Assembly: GCA_965242695.1 (NCBI GenBank)
Contig: CBDESU010000001.1
Location: forward strand, 1,312,001-1,376,000
DNA: 64,000 bases
Direction: 5' to 3'
DNA from: Cenarchaeum sp.
Lineage (GTDB): Archaea > Thermoproteota > Nitrososphaeria > Nitrososphaerales > Nitrosopumilaceae
The notes beneath the pieces are model-generated. The model saw only the letters and a list, made by a program, of their open reading frames with translations, was not told the DNA's origin and ran no database searches. The stretch's first letter is position 1. Every line of letters starts with the position of its first letter. The position numbers and the translations under genes were made by a program. This document shows, one piece after another, positions 15,712 to 26,325 of this stretch.

Positions 15712-17111
15712 GACTCTCTTATCACCTTGATCATGTCACGGGTCGTCTCCTCGATCTCTTCGGGCGTGAGCATCCTGGCCGTCGGCATCCCCCCCTTCCG
15801 CGGCCTGGCTATCCCCCTGTCCCCGCAGTACCTGACCAGCAGCGCGTACAGGTCCTGCATGTCGGGGTAGGGTGGGCCATACGCGGCCGTCCGCGGGTGC
15901 GGACGCTGGTCGAACGCGACGTATGCGCACAGCCCCAGTACGTCCCCGCCTAGGGCGGCGGCGACGTCCCACTGCCCGTCGGGCGCCTCGCTGGCCTGCG
16001 AGAGCATGTGGGGCACTTTCACGGCCACGGATTCCAGCGTGAGCGCATGCTCCTCGCCAAACGTAATCCTGTTCCGGATCGCGCTCATTATGCGGTCCGC
16101 CGTCCCGCGCAGCGCGGCGAGCTCGTCGTCGCGGCCGGGCCGCTCGCGGCGCGGCCGGGCCGGCGCGCTGCAGGCCTCTTCCAGCGCGGCATGCGCGCCG
16201 ATGCCGGCCACGCGGCGCGCCGATGCTGCGATGCGCGCCGCCGCGTCGCCGCCGAGCCGCCCGCCGAGCCTGCCGATCATGTCGATCCCGCGGTCCGTAA
16301 GATCATAGTAGTACGGCGGCTCGCCGTCGCCGCGGTACGACGGGATGACATCCTCGACGACCAGGTGGTGGAACCTCGACATGTCGGCGGCGAGCCCCGC
16401 GCAGCCTGGCAGGCGCGACCCCGACGGGGGATACAGGTCCAGCCCGCACTCGGACTGCGCGAGCAGCGATGCCGCCGAGAGCTCGGCCCTCGAGCGGACG
16501 AACCCGGCCGCCGAGATTACGGACATTGGAATGACCAGGCGGAGCGGAACCAGGGCGGGATCAAGCTGGCGCGGGTCCGGGTGCATTCCGGCCTCGAAGG
16601 CCCTGCGGCATTCTGGAAGGTGCCTGCTTGCGAGTGCGAGCTCCGCGTCCGACTCTTCGCGGCGGCCCAGGTGCTCTAGCACCCTTGCCATGTCGAGGTG
16701 GGCGTTCGGGTTCCACGGCAGCTCGCATGCCATGTCGCGGTACAGCGGCTCTGCCTCCGCGTACCTGCCGAGGCGCTCGAGCATGCGCGCGCGGTTGTCG
16801 GCAACGCGCGTCCCGATCTCGTTGCGCGGGGGCGGGCCGGGCAGGAGCTCTTTGAGTGCCCTGCGGTACCCGCCGAGCTCGATGCCGCCCCGTATGCCCA
16901 GCCGGTCGTGCCTAGGGTCGTAGTCGGACAGTATGGTATGGATGGTCGTCTTGAGGGGAACGGACATGTACTCGTCGATCAGGTCGGGGTCGATCTTGTA
17001 GGGCGCATCCCTGACCGCCTGCTCCTGCTCCTGCCCCTGCCTGGACGGGGCGGCAACGGCTCCCCCGCCGCCCGGCCCCGGCCTGCGCTCCTGCTCGGCC
17101 TCTTGCGCCAA
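15708..17111 (-). CDS. TPR + winged-helix (YwgA/SocA-like) protein, copy 1
   Basis: TPR-like ARMLERLGRYAEAEPLY..LDMARVLEHLGRREE, wHTH-like YYYDLTDRG, TTG start 24 bp after CATAAA box, 4-nt overlap with the PIN start. Confidence 0.8.
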   Translation of the reverse strand: MAQEAEQERRPGPGGGGAVAAPSRQGQEQEQAVRDAPYKIDPDLIDEYMSVPLKTTIHTILSDYDPRHDRLGIRGGIELGGYRRALKELLPGPPPRNEIGTRVADNRARMLERLGRYAEAEPLYRDMACELPWNPNAHLDMARVLEHLGRREESDAELALASRHLPECRRAFEAGMHPDPRQLDPALVPLRLVIPMSVISAAGFVRSRAELSAASLLAQSECGLDLYPPSGSRLPGCAGLAADMSRFHHLVVEDVIPSYRGDGEPPYYYDLTDRGIDMIGRLGGRLGGDAAARIAASARRVAGIGAHAALEEACSAPARPRRERPGRDDELAALRGTADRIMSAIRNRITFGEEHALTLESVAVKVPHMLSQASEAPDGQWDVAAALGGDVLGLCAYVAFDQRPHPRTAAYGPPYPDMQDLYALLVRYCGDRGIARPRKGGMPTARMLTPEEIEETTRDMIKVIRES

Positions 17112-17401
17112 CGCGGCGCGGCCGGGCGGGCCGCGTTTATGCCTTTTGGCACGCCGCGGCGGCGGATCGGGGGCGGATCCCGGCAGGGGTCCCGCATGTT
17201 TTGGCGCCGCATCCCCGAGCCGCCACCTAGAAGCCCGAAGTGCGTGCGGCTAGAAGGGCCGTGCAGTTGCACGGGAACCGGCGGTTCGGCGGCATCGGCG
17301 GGGCGCGGGGCCTAATCGCTTCCTACCCCCCTCCCGCCCGCCCGCGCGCGTCCGGCCGGACATCGCGGGTGCGCGCGAGCCCGCGCCGGCCGCCGGCGGG
17401 C

Positions 17402-18010
17402 CTACAGGTTGCTGTAGTCGACCACGCGGACTCTGAACACCCTGTAGATCTCATCGGCAAAGTCCACAAAGTCGTGGTCGGACGTGACAAGCCAGACCTC
17501 GTCCCCCTGCTCGGCCAGGGCTGCCGCAGTCGAGAGTATCACAAAGTCCGCCCCGTGCGTCTCCTGCGAGGGACAATCCGCCGCGTCCCCGTGTCGCTTC
17601 TTGACGCGCCGCCGCCGGGCCGCTGCGTAGGCCATCTTCGGGTCGTTCGATATGTCGACGTACATGTTGCCGACCGCATCCACGTGCGCATCTTCGTTGC
17701 GAACGCCAAAGCGGACGCGCAGCGGGTCGAATGCATCCAGCGCGGCCTGCACCGTCTTGCGGTCCACGCCGGCGGGCGAGCCGGCGCGCCGTGCCGCCGA
17801 GTCGAACGCCCTTTTCATGCTGTCGTGCACCTCGTCTGCAACCACGTCTGGTATCTTGAGATCCCCCGACTTTATCGCCCTGTTCACCATGCCGACGATC
17901 GCTTCTCTCCCGCGCCGCTGCACCCTGACGGGCGGCCCGCCCTCCTCCGGCGTGACCTCAAAGTCCATAGTGCAGGTAATCCAGGCGTTCGTATCAGGGA
18001 CGAGGATCAA
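17402..18010 (-). CDS. PIN-domain protein, copy 2
   Basis: DTNA, DE, DFVIL and TSDHDF acidic motifs; TTG start overlapping the partner stop. Confidence 0.85.
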   Translation of the reverse strand: MILVPDTNAWITCTMDFEVTPEEGGPPVRVQRRGREAIVGMVNRAIKSGDLKIPDVVADEVHDSMKRAFDSAARRAGSPAGVDRKTVQAALDAFDPLRVRFGVRNEDAHVDAVGNMYVDISNDPKMAYAAARRRRVKKRHGDAADCPSQETHGADFVILSTAAALAEQGDEVWLVTSDHDFVDFADEIYRVFRVRVVDYSNL

Positions 18011-19410
18011 GACTCTCTTATCACCTTGATCATGTCCCGGGTCGTCTCTTCGATCTCTTCGGGCGTGAGCATCCTGCAGGTCGGCATCCCTTCCTCCCGG
18101 GGCCTGGCTATCCCCCTGTCCCCGCAGTACCTGACCAGCAGCGCGTGCAGGTCCTGCATGTCGGGGTACGGGGGGCCATGCGCGGCCGTCCGCGGGTGCG
18201 GCCGCTGGTCGAACGCGACGTATGCGCAAAGCCCCAGTACGTCCCCGCCCAGGGCGGCGGCGACGTCCCACTGCCCGTCGGGCGCCTCGATGGCCTGCGA
18301 GAGCATGTGGGGCACTTCCACGGCAGAGTATTCCAATGTGAGCGCATGCTCCTCGCCAAACGTAATCCTATTCCGGATCGCGCGCATTATGCGGTCCGCC
18401 GTCCCGCGCAGCGCGGCGAGCTCGTCGTCGCGGCCGGGCCGCTCGCGTCGCGGCCGGGCCGGCGCGTTGCAGGCCTCTTCCAGCGCGGCATGCGCGCCGA
18501 TGCCGGCCACGCGGCGCGCCGATGCAGCGATGCGCGCCGCCGCGTCGCCGCCGAGCCGCCCGCCGAGCCTGTCGATCATCTCGATCCCGCGGTCCGTAAG
18601 ATCGTAGTAGTACGGCGGCTCGTCGTCCGTTCGGTACGACGGGAGGACATCCTCGACGACAAGGTGGTGGAACCTCGACATGTCGGCGGCGAGCCCCGCG
18701 CAGCCGGGCAGGCGCGACGCCGACGGGGGGTACAGGTCCAGCCCGCACTCGGACTGCACGAGCAGCGACGCCGCCGAGAGCTCGGCCCTCGAGCGGACGA
18801 ACCCGGCCGCCGAGATTACGGACATTGGAACGATCAGGCGGAGGGGTACCAGGGCGGGATCCATCTGGGACGGATCCGGCCGCAGTCTGGCCTCGAAGGC
18901 CCTGCGGAAGTATGGAAGGTGTCTGCTTGTGCGGGCCAGCTCCGCCGCAGACTCTTCGCGGCGGCCCAGGTGATCTAGCACCCTTGCCAGGTCGAGGTGT
19001 ACCTCGGAATTGTTATGCACCGCCTCGGCCATGTCGCGGTACAGCGGCTCCGCCTCCGCGTACCTGCCGAGGCGCTCGAGCATGCGCGCGCGGTTGTCGG
19101 CAACGCGCGTCCCGATCTCGTTGCGGGGGGGAGGGCCGGGCAGGAGCTCTTCGAGGGCCCTGCGGTACCCGCCGCGCTCGATGCCGCCCCGTATGCCCAG
19201 CCTGTCGTGCCTCGGGTCGTACCTAGACAGTATGGTATGGATGGTCGTCTTGAGGGGAACGGACATGTACTCGTCGATCAGGTCGGGGTCGATCTTGTAG
19301 GGCGCATCCTTGACCGCCTGCTCCTGCTCCTGCCCCTGCCTAGGCGGGGCGGCATCGGCTCCCCCGCCGCCCGGCCCCGGCCTGCGCTCCTGCTCGGCCT
19401 CTTGCGCCAA
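18007..19410 (-). CDS. TPR + winged-helix protein, copy 2
   Basis: Close paralog of 15708..17111. Confidence 0.8.
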   Translation of the reverse strand: MAQEAEQERRPGPGGGGADAAPPRQGQEQEQAVKDAPYKIDPDLIDEYMSVPLKTTIHTILSRYDPRHDRLGIRGGIERGGYRRALEELLPGPPPRNEIGTRVADNRARMLERLGRYAEAEPLYRDMAEAVHNNSEVHLDLARVLDHLGRREESAAELARTSRHLPYFRRAFEARLRPDPSQMDPALVPLRLIVPMSVISAAGFVRSRAELSAASLLVQSECGLDLYPPSASRLPGCAGLAADMSRFHHLVVEDVLPSYRTDDEPPYYYDLTDRGIEMIDRLGGRLGGDAAARIAASARRVAGIGAHAALEEACNAPARPRRERPGRDDELAALRGTADRIMRAIRNRITFGEEHALTLEYSAVEVPHMLSQAIEAPDGQWDVAAALGGDVLGLCAYVAFDQRPHPRTAAHGPPYPDMQDLHALLVRYCGDRGIARPREEGMPTCRMLTPEEIEETTRDMIKVIRES

Positions 19411-19704
19411 CGCGGCGCGGCCGGACGGGCCGCGTTTATGCCTTTTGGCCCGCCATGTCGGCGGATCTGGGGCGGATCCCGGCAGGGGTCCCGCATGTTT
19501 TAGCGCCACACCCCCGAGCCTCCACCTAGAAGCCCGAAGTGCGCGCGGCTAGAAGGGCCGTGCAGTTGCACGGGAACCGGCGGTTCGGCGGCATCGGCGG
19601 GGCGCGGGGCATAATTGCCTCCTCTTCCCCTGCCTCCCGCCCGCCCGCGCGCGTCCGGCCGGACATCGCGGGTGCGTGCGAGCCCGCGGTAGCTGCCGGC
19701 GGGC

Positions 19705-20313
19705 CTACAGGTTGCTGTAGTCGACCACGCGGACTCTGAACACCCTGTAGATCTCATCGGCAAAGTCCACAAAGTCGTGGTCGGACGTGACAAGCCAGAC
19801 CTCGTCCCCCTGCTCGGCCAGGGCCGCGGCCGTCGAGAGTATCACAAAGTCCGCCCCGTGCGTCTCCTGCGAGGGGTAATCTGCCGCGTCCCCGTGGCGC
19901 TTCTTGACGCGCCGCCGCCGTGCCGCCGCGTCGGCCATCTTCGGGTCGTTCGATATGTCGACGTGCATGCGGCCGACCGCATCCACGTGCGCCTCTTCGT
20001 CATGAACGCCAAAGCGGGCGTACAGCGGGTCGAATACATCCAGCACGGCCTGCACCGTCTCGTCGTCCACGCCGGCGGGCGAGCCGGCGCGCCTGGCCGC
20101 TGACTTGAACGCCTTTTTCGCGGTTTTGTGCATCTCGTATGCAACCATGTCTGGTATCTTGAGATCCCCCGACTTTATCGCCCTGTTCACCATGCCGACG
20201 ATCGCTTCCCTTCCGCGCCGCTGCACCCTGACGGGCGGCCCGCCCTCCTCCGGCGCGACCTCAAAGTCCATAGTGCAGGCAATCCAGGCGTTCGTATCAG
20301 GGACGAGGATCAA
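19705..20313 (-). CDS. PIN-domain protein, copy 3
   Basis: Same motifs as copy 2. Confidence 0.85.
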   Translation of the reverse strand: MILVPDTNAWIACTMDFEVAPEEGGPPVRVQRRGREAIVGMVNRAIKSGDLKIPDMVAYEMHKTAKKAFKSAARRAGSPAGVDDETVQAVLDVFDPLYARFGVHDEEAHVDAVGRMHVDISNDPKMADAAARRRRVKKRHGDAADYPSQETHGADFVILSTAAALAEQGDEVWLVTSDHDFVDFADEIYRVFRVRVVDYSNL

Positions 20314-21713
20314 GACTCTCTTATCACCTTGATCATGTCCCGGGTCGTCTCCTCGATCTCTTCGGGCGTGAGCATCCTGGCCGTCGGCATCCCCCCCTTC
20401 CGCGGCCTGGCGATCCCCCTGTCCCCGCAGTACCTGACGAGCAGCGCGTACTGGTCCTGCATGTCGGGGTACGGGGGGCCCTGCGCGGCCGTCCGCGGGT
20501 GCGGCCGCTGGTCGAACGCGACGTATGCGCAAAGCCCCAGTACGTCCCCGCCCAGGGCGGCGGCGACGTCCCACTGCCCGTCGGGCGCCTCGCCGGCCTG
20601 CGATAGCATGTGGGGCACTTTCACGGCCACGGATTCCAGCACGGATGCGTGCTCATCGCCAAACAGGATGCCGTTTCCGATCTCGCGCATTATGCGGTCC
20701 GCCGTCCCGCGCAGCGCGGCGAGCTCGTCGTCGCGGCCGGGCCGCTCGCGTCGCGGCCGGGCCGGCGCGCTGCAGGCCTCTTCCAGCGCGGCATGCGCGC
20801 CGATGCCGGCCACGCGGCGCGCCGATGCTGCGATGCGCGCCGCCGCGTCGCCGCCGAGCCGCCCGCCGAGCCTTCCGATCATCTCGATCCCGAGGTCCGT
20901 TAGATCGTAGTAGTACGGCGGCTCTCCGTCGCCGCGGTACGACGGGAGGACATCCTCGACGACAAGGTGGTGGAACCTCGACATGTCGGCGGCGAGCCCC
21001 GCGCAGCCGGGCAGGCGCGACGCCGACGGGGGGTACAGGTCCAGCCCGCACTCGGACTGCACGAGCAGCGACGCCGCCGAGAGCTCGGCCCTCGAGCGGA
21101 CGAACCCGGCCGCCGAGATTACGGACATTGGGACGATCAGGCGGAGGGGTACCAGGGCGGGATCCATCTGGGACGGATCCGGCCGCAGTCTGGCCTCGAA
21201 GGCCCTGCGGAAGTATGGAAGGTGTCTGCTTGTGCGGGCCAGCTCCGCCGCAGACTCTTCGCGGCGGCCCAGGTGATCTAGCACCCTTGCCAGGTCGAGG
21301 TGGACCTCGGAATTGTTATGCACCGCCTCGGCCAGGTCGCGGTACAGCGGCTCTGCCTCCGCGTACCTGCCGAGGCGCTCGAGCATGCGCGCGCGGTTGT
21401 CGGCAACGCGCGTCCCGATCTCGTTGCGCGGGGGCGGGCCGGGCAGGAGCTCTTCGAGGGCACTGCGGTACCCGCCGAGCTCGATGCCGCTCCGTATGCC
21501 CAGCCGGTCGTGCCTAGGGTCGTAGTCGGACAGTATGCTGTAGAGGGTCATCTTGGTGGGAACGGACATGTACTCGTCGATCAGGTCGGGGTCGATCTTG
21601 TAGGGCGCATCCTTGACCGCCTGCTCCTGCCCCTGCCCCTGCCCGGACGGGGCGGCATCGGCTCCCCCGCCGCCCGGCCCCGGCCTGCGCTCCTGCTCGG
21701 CCTCTTGCGCCAA
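20310..21713 (-). CDS. TPR + winged-helix protein, copy 3
   Basis: Close paralog of 15708..17111. Confidence 0.8.
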   Translation of the reverse strand: MAQEAEQERRPGPGGGGADAAPSGQGQGQEQAVKDAPYKIDPDLIDEYMSVPTKMTLYSILSDYDPRHDRLGIRSGIELGGYRSALEELLPGPPPRNEIGTRVADNRARMLERLGRYAEAEPLYRDLAEAVHNNSEVHLDLARVLDHLGRREESAAELARTSRHLPYFRRAFEARLRPDPSQMDPALVPLRLIVPMSVISAAGFVRSRAELSAASLLVQSECGLDLYPPSASRLPGCAGLAADMSRFHHLVVEDVLPSYRGDGEPPYYYDLTDLGIEMIGRLGGRLGGDAAARIAASARRVAGIGAHAALEEACSAPARPRRERPGRDDELAALRGTADRIMREIGNGILFGDEHASVLESVAVKVPHMLSQAGEAPDGQWDVAAALGGDVLGLCAYVAFDQRPHPRTAAQGPPYPDMQDQYALLVRYCGDRGIARPRKGGMPTARMLTPEEIEETTRDMIKVIRES

Positions 21714-22010
21714 CGCGGCGCGGCCGGACGGGCCGCGTTTATGCCTTTTGGCCCGCCGCGGCGGCGGATCGAGATCGGATCCTGGCCGGCATGCCGCGCG
21801 TTTGGACGCCGCATCCCCGAGCCTCCACCCAGAAGCCCGAAGTGCGTGCGGCTAGAAGGGCCGTGCAGTTGCACGGGAACCGGCGGTTCGGCGGCATTGG
21901 CGTGGCGCGGGGCATAATTGCCTCCTCTTCCCCTGCCTCCCGCCCGCCCGCGCGCGTCCAGCCGGACATCGCGGGTGTGGTGAGCGAGCCCGCGGTAGCC
22001 GCCGGCGGGC

Positions 22011-22619
22011 CTACAGGTTGCTGTAGTCGACCACGCAGACTCCGAACACCCGGTGAATCGCATCGGCAAAGTCGACAAAGTCGTGGTCGGACGTGACAAG
22101 CCAGACCTCGCCCCCCTGCTCGGCCAGGGCTGCCGCAGTCGAGAGTATCACAAAGTCCGCCCCGTGCGTCTCCGGCGAGGGGCAATCCGCCGCGTCCCCG
22201 TGTCGCTTCTTGACGCGCCGCCGCCGGGCCGCCGCGTCGGCCATCCGCGGGTCGTTCGATATGTCGACGTACATGTTGCCGACCGCATCCACGTGCGCAT
22301 CTTCGTTGTGAACGCCAAAGAGGGCGTACAGCGGGTCGAATACATCCAGCGCGGCCTGCACCGCCTCGTCGTCCGCGCCGGCGGGCGAGCCGGCGCGCCT
22401 GGCCGCCGAGTCGAATGCCTTTTTCGCGGTTTTGTGCATCTCGTATGCAACCACGTCTAGGATCTTGAGATCCCCCGACTTTATCGCCCTGTTCACCATG
22501 CCGACGATCGCTTCCCTCCCGCGCCGCTGCACCCTGACGGGCGGCCCGCCCTCCTCCGGCGCGACCTCAAAGTCCATAGAGTAGGCAAGGCAGGCGTTCG
22601 TATCCGGGACGAGGATCAA
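22011..22619 (-). CDS. PIN-domain protein, copy 4
   Basis: Same motifs as copy 2. Confidence 0.85.
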   Translation of the reverse strand: MILVPDTNACLAYSMDFEVAPEEGGPPVRVQRRGREAIVGMVNRAIKSGDLKILDVVAYEMHKTAKKAFDSAARRAGSPAGADDEAVQAALDVFDPLYALFGVHNEDAHVDAVGNMYVDISNDPRMADAAARRRRVKKRHGDAADCPSPETHGADFVILSTAAALAEQGGEVWLVTSDHDFVDFADAIHRVFGVCVVDYSNL

Positions 22620-24013
22620 GACTCTCTTATCACCCTGATCATGTCCCGGGTCGTCTCCTCGATCTCTTCGGGCGTGAGCATCCTGGCCGTCGGCATCCCC
22701 CCCTTCCGCGGCCTGGCTATCCCCCTGTCCCCGCAGTACCTGACCAGCAGCGCGTACAGGTCCTGCATGTCGGGGTACGGGGGGCCCTGCGCGGCCGTCC
22801 GCGGGTGCGGACGCTGGTCGAACGCGACGTATGCGCACAGCCCCAGTACGTCCCCGCCCAGGGCGGCGGCGACGTCCCACTGCCCGTCGGGCGCCTCGCT
22901 GGCCTGCGAGAGCATGTGGGGCACTTTCACGGCCACGGATTCCAGCGTGAGCGCATGCTCCTCGCCAAACGTAATCCTATTCCGGATCGCGCGCATTATG
23001 CGGTCCGCCGTCCCGCGCAGCGCGGCGAGCTCGTCGTCGCGGCCGGGCCGCTCGCGGCGCGGCCGGGCCGGCGCGCTGCAGGCCTCTTCCAGCGCGGCAT
23101 GCGCGCCGATGCCGGCCACGCGGCGCGCCGATGCTGCGATGCGCGCCGCCGCGTCGCCGCCGAGCCGCCCGCCGAGCCTGCCGATCATGTCGATCCCGCG
23201 GTCCGTAAGATCGTAATAGTACGGCGGCTCGCCGTTGCCGCGGTACGACGGGATGACATCCTCGACGACCAGGTGGTGGAACCTCGACATGTCGGCGGCG
23301 AGCCCCGCGCAGCCGGGCAGGCGCGACCCCGACGGAGGATACAGGTCCAGCCCGCACTCGGACTGCGCGAGCAGCGATGCCGCCGAGAGCTCGGCCCTCG
23401 AGCGGACGAACCCGGCCGCCGAGATTACGGACATTGGAACGATCAGGCGGAGGGGGACCAGGGCGGGATCAAGCTGACGCGGGTCCGGCCGCAGTCTGGC
23501 CTCGAAGGCCCTGCGGAAGTATGGAAGGTGTCTGCTTGTGCGGGCCAGCTCCGCCGCAGACTCTTCGCGGCGGCCCAGGTGATCTAGCACCCTTGCCAGG
23601 TCGAGGTGTACCTCGGAATTGTTATGCACCGCCTCGGCCCGGTCGCGGTACAGCGGCTCCGCCTCCGCGTACCTGCCGAGGCGCTCTAGCATGCGCGCGC
23701 GGTTGTCGGCAACGCGCGTTCCGATCGCGTTGCGCGGGGGCGGGCCGGGCAGGAGCTCTTCGAGGGCCCTGCGGTACCCGCCGCGCTCGATGCCGTCTCG
23801 TATGCCCAGCCTGTCGTGCCTCGGGTCGTAGTCGGACAGTATGCTGTGGATGGTCATCTTGGTGGGAACGGACATGTACTCGTCGATCAGGTCGGGGTCG
23901 ATCTTGTAGGGCGCGTCCTTGACCGCCTGCACCTGCTCCTGCCTGGACGGGGCGGCATCGGCTCCCCCGCCGCCCGGCCCCGGCCTGCGCTCCTGCTCGG
24001 CCTCTTGCGCCAA
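22616..24013 (-). CDS. TPR + winged-helix protein, copy 4
   Basis: Close paralog of 15708..17111. Confidence 0.8.
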   Translation of the reverse strand: MAQEAEQERRPGPGGGGADAAPSRQEQVQAVKDAPYKIDPDLIDEYMSVPTKMTIHSILSDYDPRHDRLGIRDGIERGGYRRALEELLPGPPPRNAIGTRVADNRARMLERLGRYAEAEPLYRDRAEAVHNNSEVHLDLARVLDHLGRREESAAELARTSRHLPYFRRAFEARLRPDPRQLDPALVPLRLIVPMSVISAAGFVRSRAELSAASLLAQSECGLDLYPPSGSRLPGCAGLAADMSRFHHLVVEDVIPSYRGNGEPPYYYDLTDRGIDMIGRLGGRLGGDAAARIAASARRVAGIGAHAALEEACSAPARPRRERPGRDDELAALRGTADRIMRAIRNRITFGEEHALTLESVAVKVPHMLSQASEAPDGQWDVAAALGGDVLGLCAYVAFDQRPHPRTAAQGPPYPDMQDLYALLVRYCGDRGIARPRKGGMPTARMLTPEEIEETTRDMIRVIRES

Positions 24014-24310
24014 CGCGGCGCGGCCGGGCGGGCCGCGTTTATGCCTTTTGGCCCGCCATGTCGGCGGATCTGGGGCGGATTCCGGCAGGGATGCTGCATG
24101 TTTTGGCGCCGCGGCCCCGAGCCGCCACCCAAAAGCCCGAAGTGCGTGCGGCTAGAAGGGCCGTGCAGGTGCACGGGAACCGGCGGTTCGGCGGCATCGG
24201 CGGGGAGGGGGGCATAATTGCCCCCTCTTCCCCTGCCTACCGCCCGCCCGCGCGCGTCCGGCCGGACATTGCGGGCGTGGCGAGCGAGCCGCGCCGGGCC
24301 GCCGGCGGGC

Positions 24311-24919
24311 CTACAGGTTGCTGTAGTCGACCACGCGGACTCTGAACACCCCGTAGATCTCATCGGCAAAGTCCACAAAGTCGTGGTCGGACGTGACAAG
24401 CCAGACCTCGTCCCCCTGCTCGGCCAGGGCCGCGGCCGTCGAGAGTATCACAAAGTCCGCCCTGTGCGTCTCCGGCGAGGGGTAATCCGCCGCGTCCCCG
24501 TGGCGCTTCTTGACGCGCCGCCGCCGTGCCGCCGCGTCGGCCATCTTCGGGTCGTTCGATATGTCGACGTACATGTGGCCGACCGTCCCCAGGTACTTTG
24601 TGGCGTTGCGAATGCCAAAGTGGACGCGCAGCGGGTCGAATACGTCCAGCGCGGCCTGCACCGCCTCGTCGTCCGCGCCGGCGGGCGAGCCGGCGCGCCT
24701 GGCCGCTGACTTGAACGCCTTTTTCGCGGTTTTGTGCATCTCGTCTGCAACCATGTCTGGTATCTTGAGATCCCCCGACCTTATCGCCCTGTTCACCATG
24801 CCGACGATCGCTTCCCTTCCGCGCCGCTGCACCCTGACGGGCGGCCCGCCCCCCTCCGGCGTGACCTCAAAGTCCATAGTGCAGGCAATCCAGGCGTTCG
24901 TATCAGGGACGAGGATCAA
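24311..24919 (-). CDS. PIN-domain protein, copy 5
   Basis: Same motifs as copy 2. Confidence 0.85.
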   Translation of the reverse strand: MILVPDTNAWIACTMDFEVTPEGGGPPVRVQRRGREAIVGMVNRAIRSGDLKIPDMVADEMHKTAKKAFKSAARRAGSPAGADDEAVQAALDVFDPLRVHFGIRNATKYLGTVGHMYVDISNDPKMADAAARRRRVKKRHGDAADYPSPETHRADFVILSTAAALAEQGDEVWLVTSDHDFVDFADEIYGVFRVRVVDYSNL

Positions 24920-26325
24920 GACTCTCTTATCACCTTGATCATGTCCCGGGTCGTCTCCTCGATCTCTTCGGGTGTGAGCATCCTGGCCGTCGGCATCCCC
25001 CCCTTCCGCGGCCTGGCGATCCCCCTGTCCCCGCAGTACCTGACGAGCAGCGCGTACAGGTCCTGCATGTCGGGGTACGGGGGGCCCTGCGCGGCCGTCC
25101 GCGGGTGCGGTCGCTGGTCGAACGCGACGTATGCGCACAGCCCCAGTACGTCCCCTCCCAGGGCGGCGGCGACGTCCCACTGCCCGTCGGGCGCCTCGCT
25201 GGCCTGCGAGAGCATGTGGGGCACTTTCACGGCCACGGATTCCAGCACGGATGCGTGCTCATCGCCAAACAGGATGCCGTTTCCGATCTCGCGCATTATG
25301 CGGTCCGCCGTCCCGCGCAGCGCGGCGAGTTCGTCGTCGCGGCCGGGCCGCTCGCGGCGCGGCCGGGCCGGCGCGTTGCAGGCCTCTTCCAGCGCGGCAT
25401 GCGCGCCGATGCCGGCCGCGCGGCGCGCCGATGCTGCGATGCGCGCCGCCGCGTCGCCGCCGAGCCGCCCGCCGAGCCTTCCGATCATCTCGATCCCGAG
25501 GTCCGTTAGATCGTAGTAGTACGGCGGCTCTCCGTCGCCGCGGTACGACGGGAGGACATCCTCGACGACAAGGTGGTGGAACCTCGACATGTCGGCGGCG
25601 AGCCCCGCGCAGCCGGGCAGGCGCGACGCCGACGGCGGGTACAGGTCCAGCCCGCACTCTGCCTGCACGAGCAGCGATGCCGCCGAGAGCTCGGCCCTCG
25701 AGCGGACGAACCCGGCCGCCGAGATTACGGACATTGGGACGATCAGGCGGAGGGGGACCAGGGCGGGATCCATCTGGGACGGATCCGGCCGCAGTCTGGC
25801 CTCGAAGGCCCTGCGGCATTCTGGAAGGTGCCTGCTTGCGAGTGCGAGCTCCGCGTCCGACTCTTCGCGGCGGCCCAGGTGCTCTAGCACCCTTGCCATG
25901 TCGAGGTGGGCGTTCGGGTTCCACGGCAGCTCGCACGCCATGTCGCGGTACAGCGGCTCTGCCTCTGCATACCTGCCGAGGCGCTCTAGCATGCGCGCGC
26001 GGTTGTCGGCAACGCGCGTTCCGATCGCGTTGCGCGGGGGCGGGCCTGGCAGGAGCTCTTCGAGGGCCCTGCGGTACCCGCCGAGCTCGATGCCGCTCCG
26101 TATGCCCAGCCTGTCATACCTCGGGTCGTAGTCGGACAGTATGCTGTGGATGGTCGTCTTGAGCGGGACGGACATGTACTCGTCGATCAGGTCGGGGTCG
26201 ATCTTGTAGGGCGCGTCCTTGACCGCCTGCACCTGCTCCTGCCCCTGCTCCTGCCTGGACGGGGCGGCATCGGCTCCCCCGCCGCCCGGCCCCGGCCTGC
26301 GCTCCTGCTCTGCCTCTTGCGCCAA
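24916..26325 (-). CDS. TPR + winged-helix protein, copy 5
   Basis: Close paralog; TTG start placed by alignment to the other copies. Confidence 0.8.
   Translation of the reverse strand: MAQEAEQERRPGPGGGGADAAPSRQEQGQEQVQAVKDAPYKIDPDLIDEYMSVPLKTTIHSILSDYDPRYDRLGIRSGIELGGYRRALEELLPGPPPRNAIGTRVADNRARMLERLGRYAEAEPLYRDMACELPWNPNAHLDMARVLEHLGRREESDAELALASRHLPECRRAFEARLRPDPSQMDPALVPLRLIVPMSVISAAGFVRSRAELSAASLLVQAECGLDLYPPSASRLPGCAGLAADMSRFHHLVVEDVLPSYRGDGEPPYYYDLTDLGIEMIGRLGGRLGGDAAARIAASARRAAGIGAHAALEEACNAPARPRRERPGRDDELAALRGTADRIMREIGNGILFGDEHASVLESVAVKVPHMLSQASEAPDGQWDVAAALGGDVLGLCAYVAFDQRPHPRTAAQGPPYPDMQDLYALLVRYCGDRGIARPRKGGMPTARMLTPEEIEETTRDMIKVIRES

Noticed and set aside
17402-25180. 289-aa versions of the PIN ORFs
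   Set aside because: The extra N-terminal 87 aa overlap the partner gene out of frame; the TTG at the TTGA overlap gives a typical PIN start
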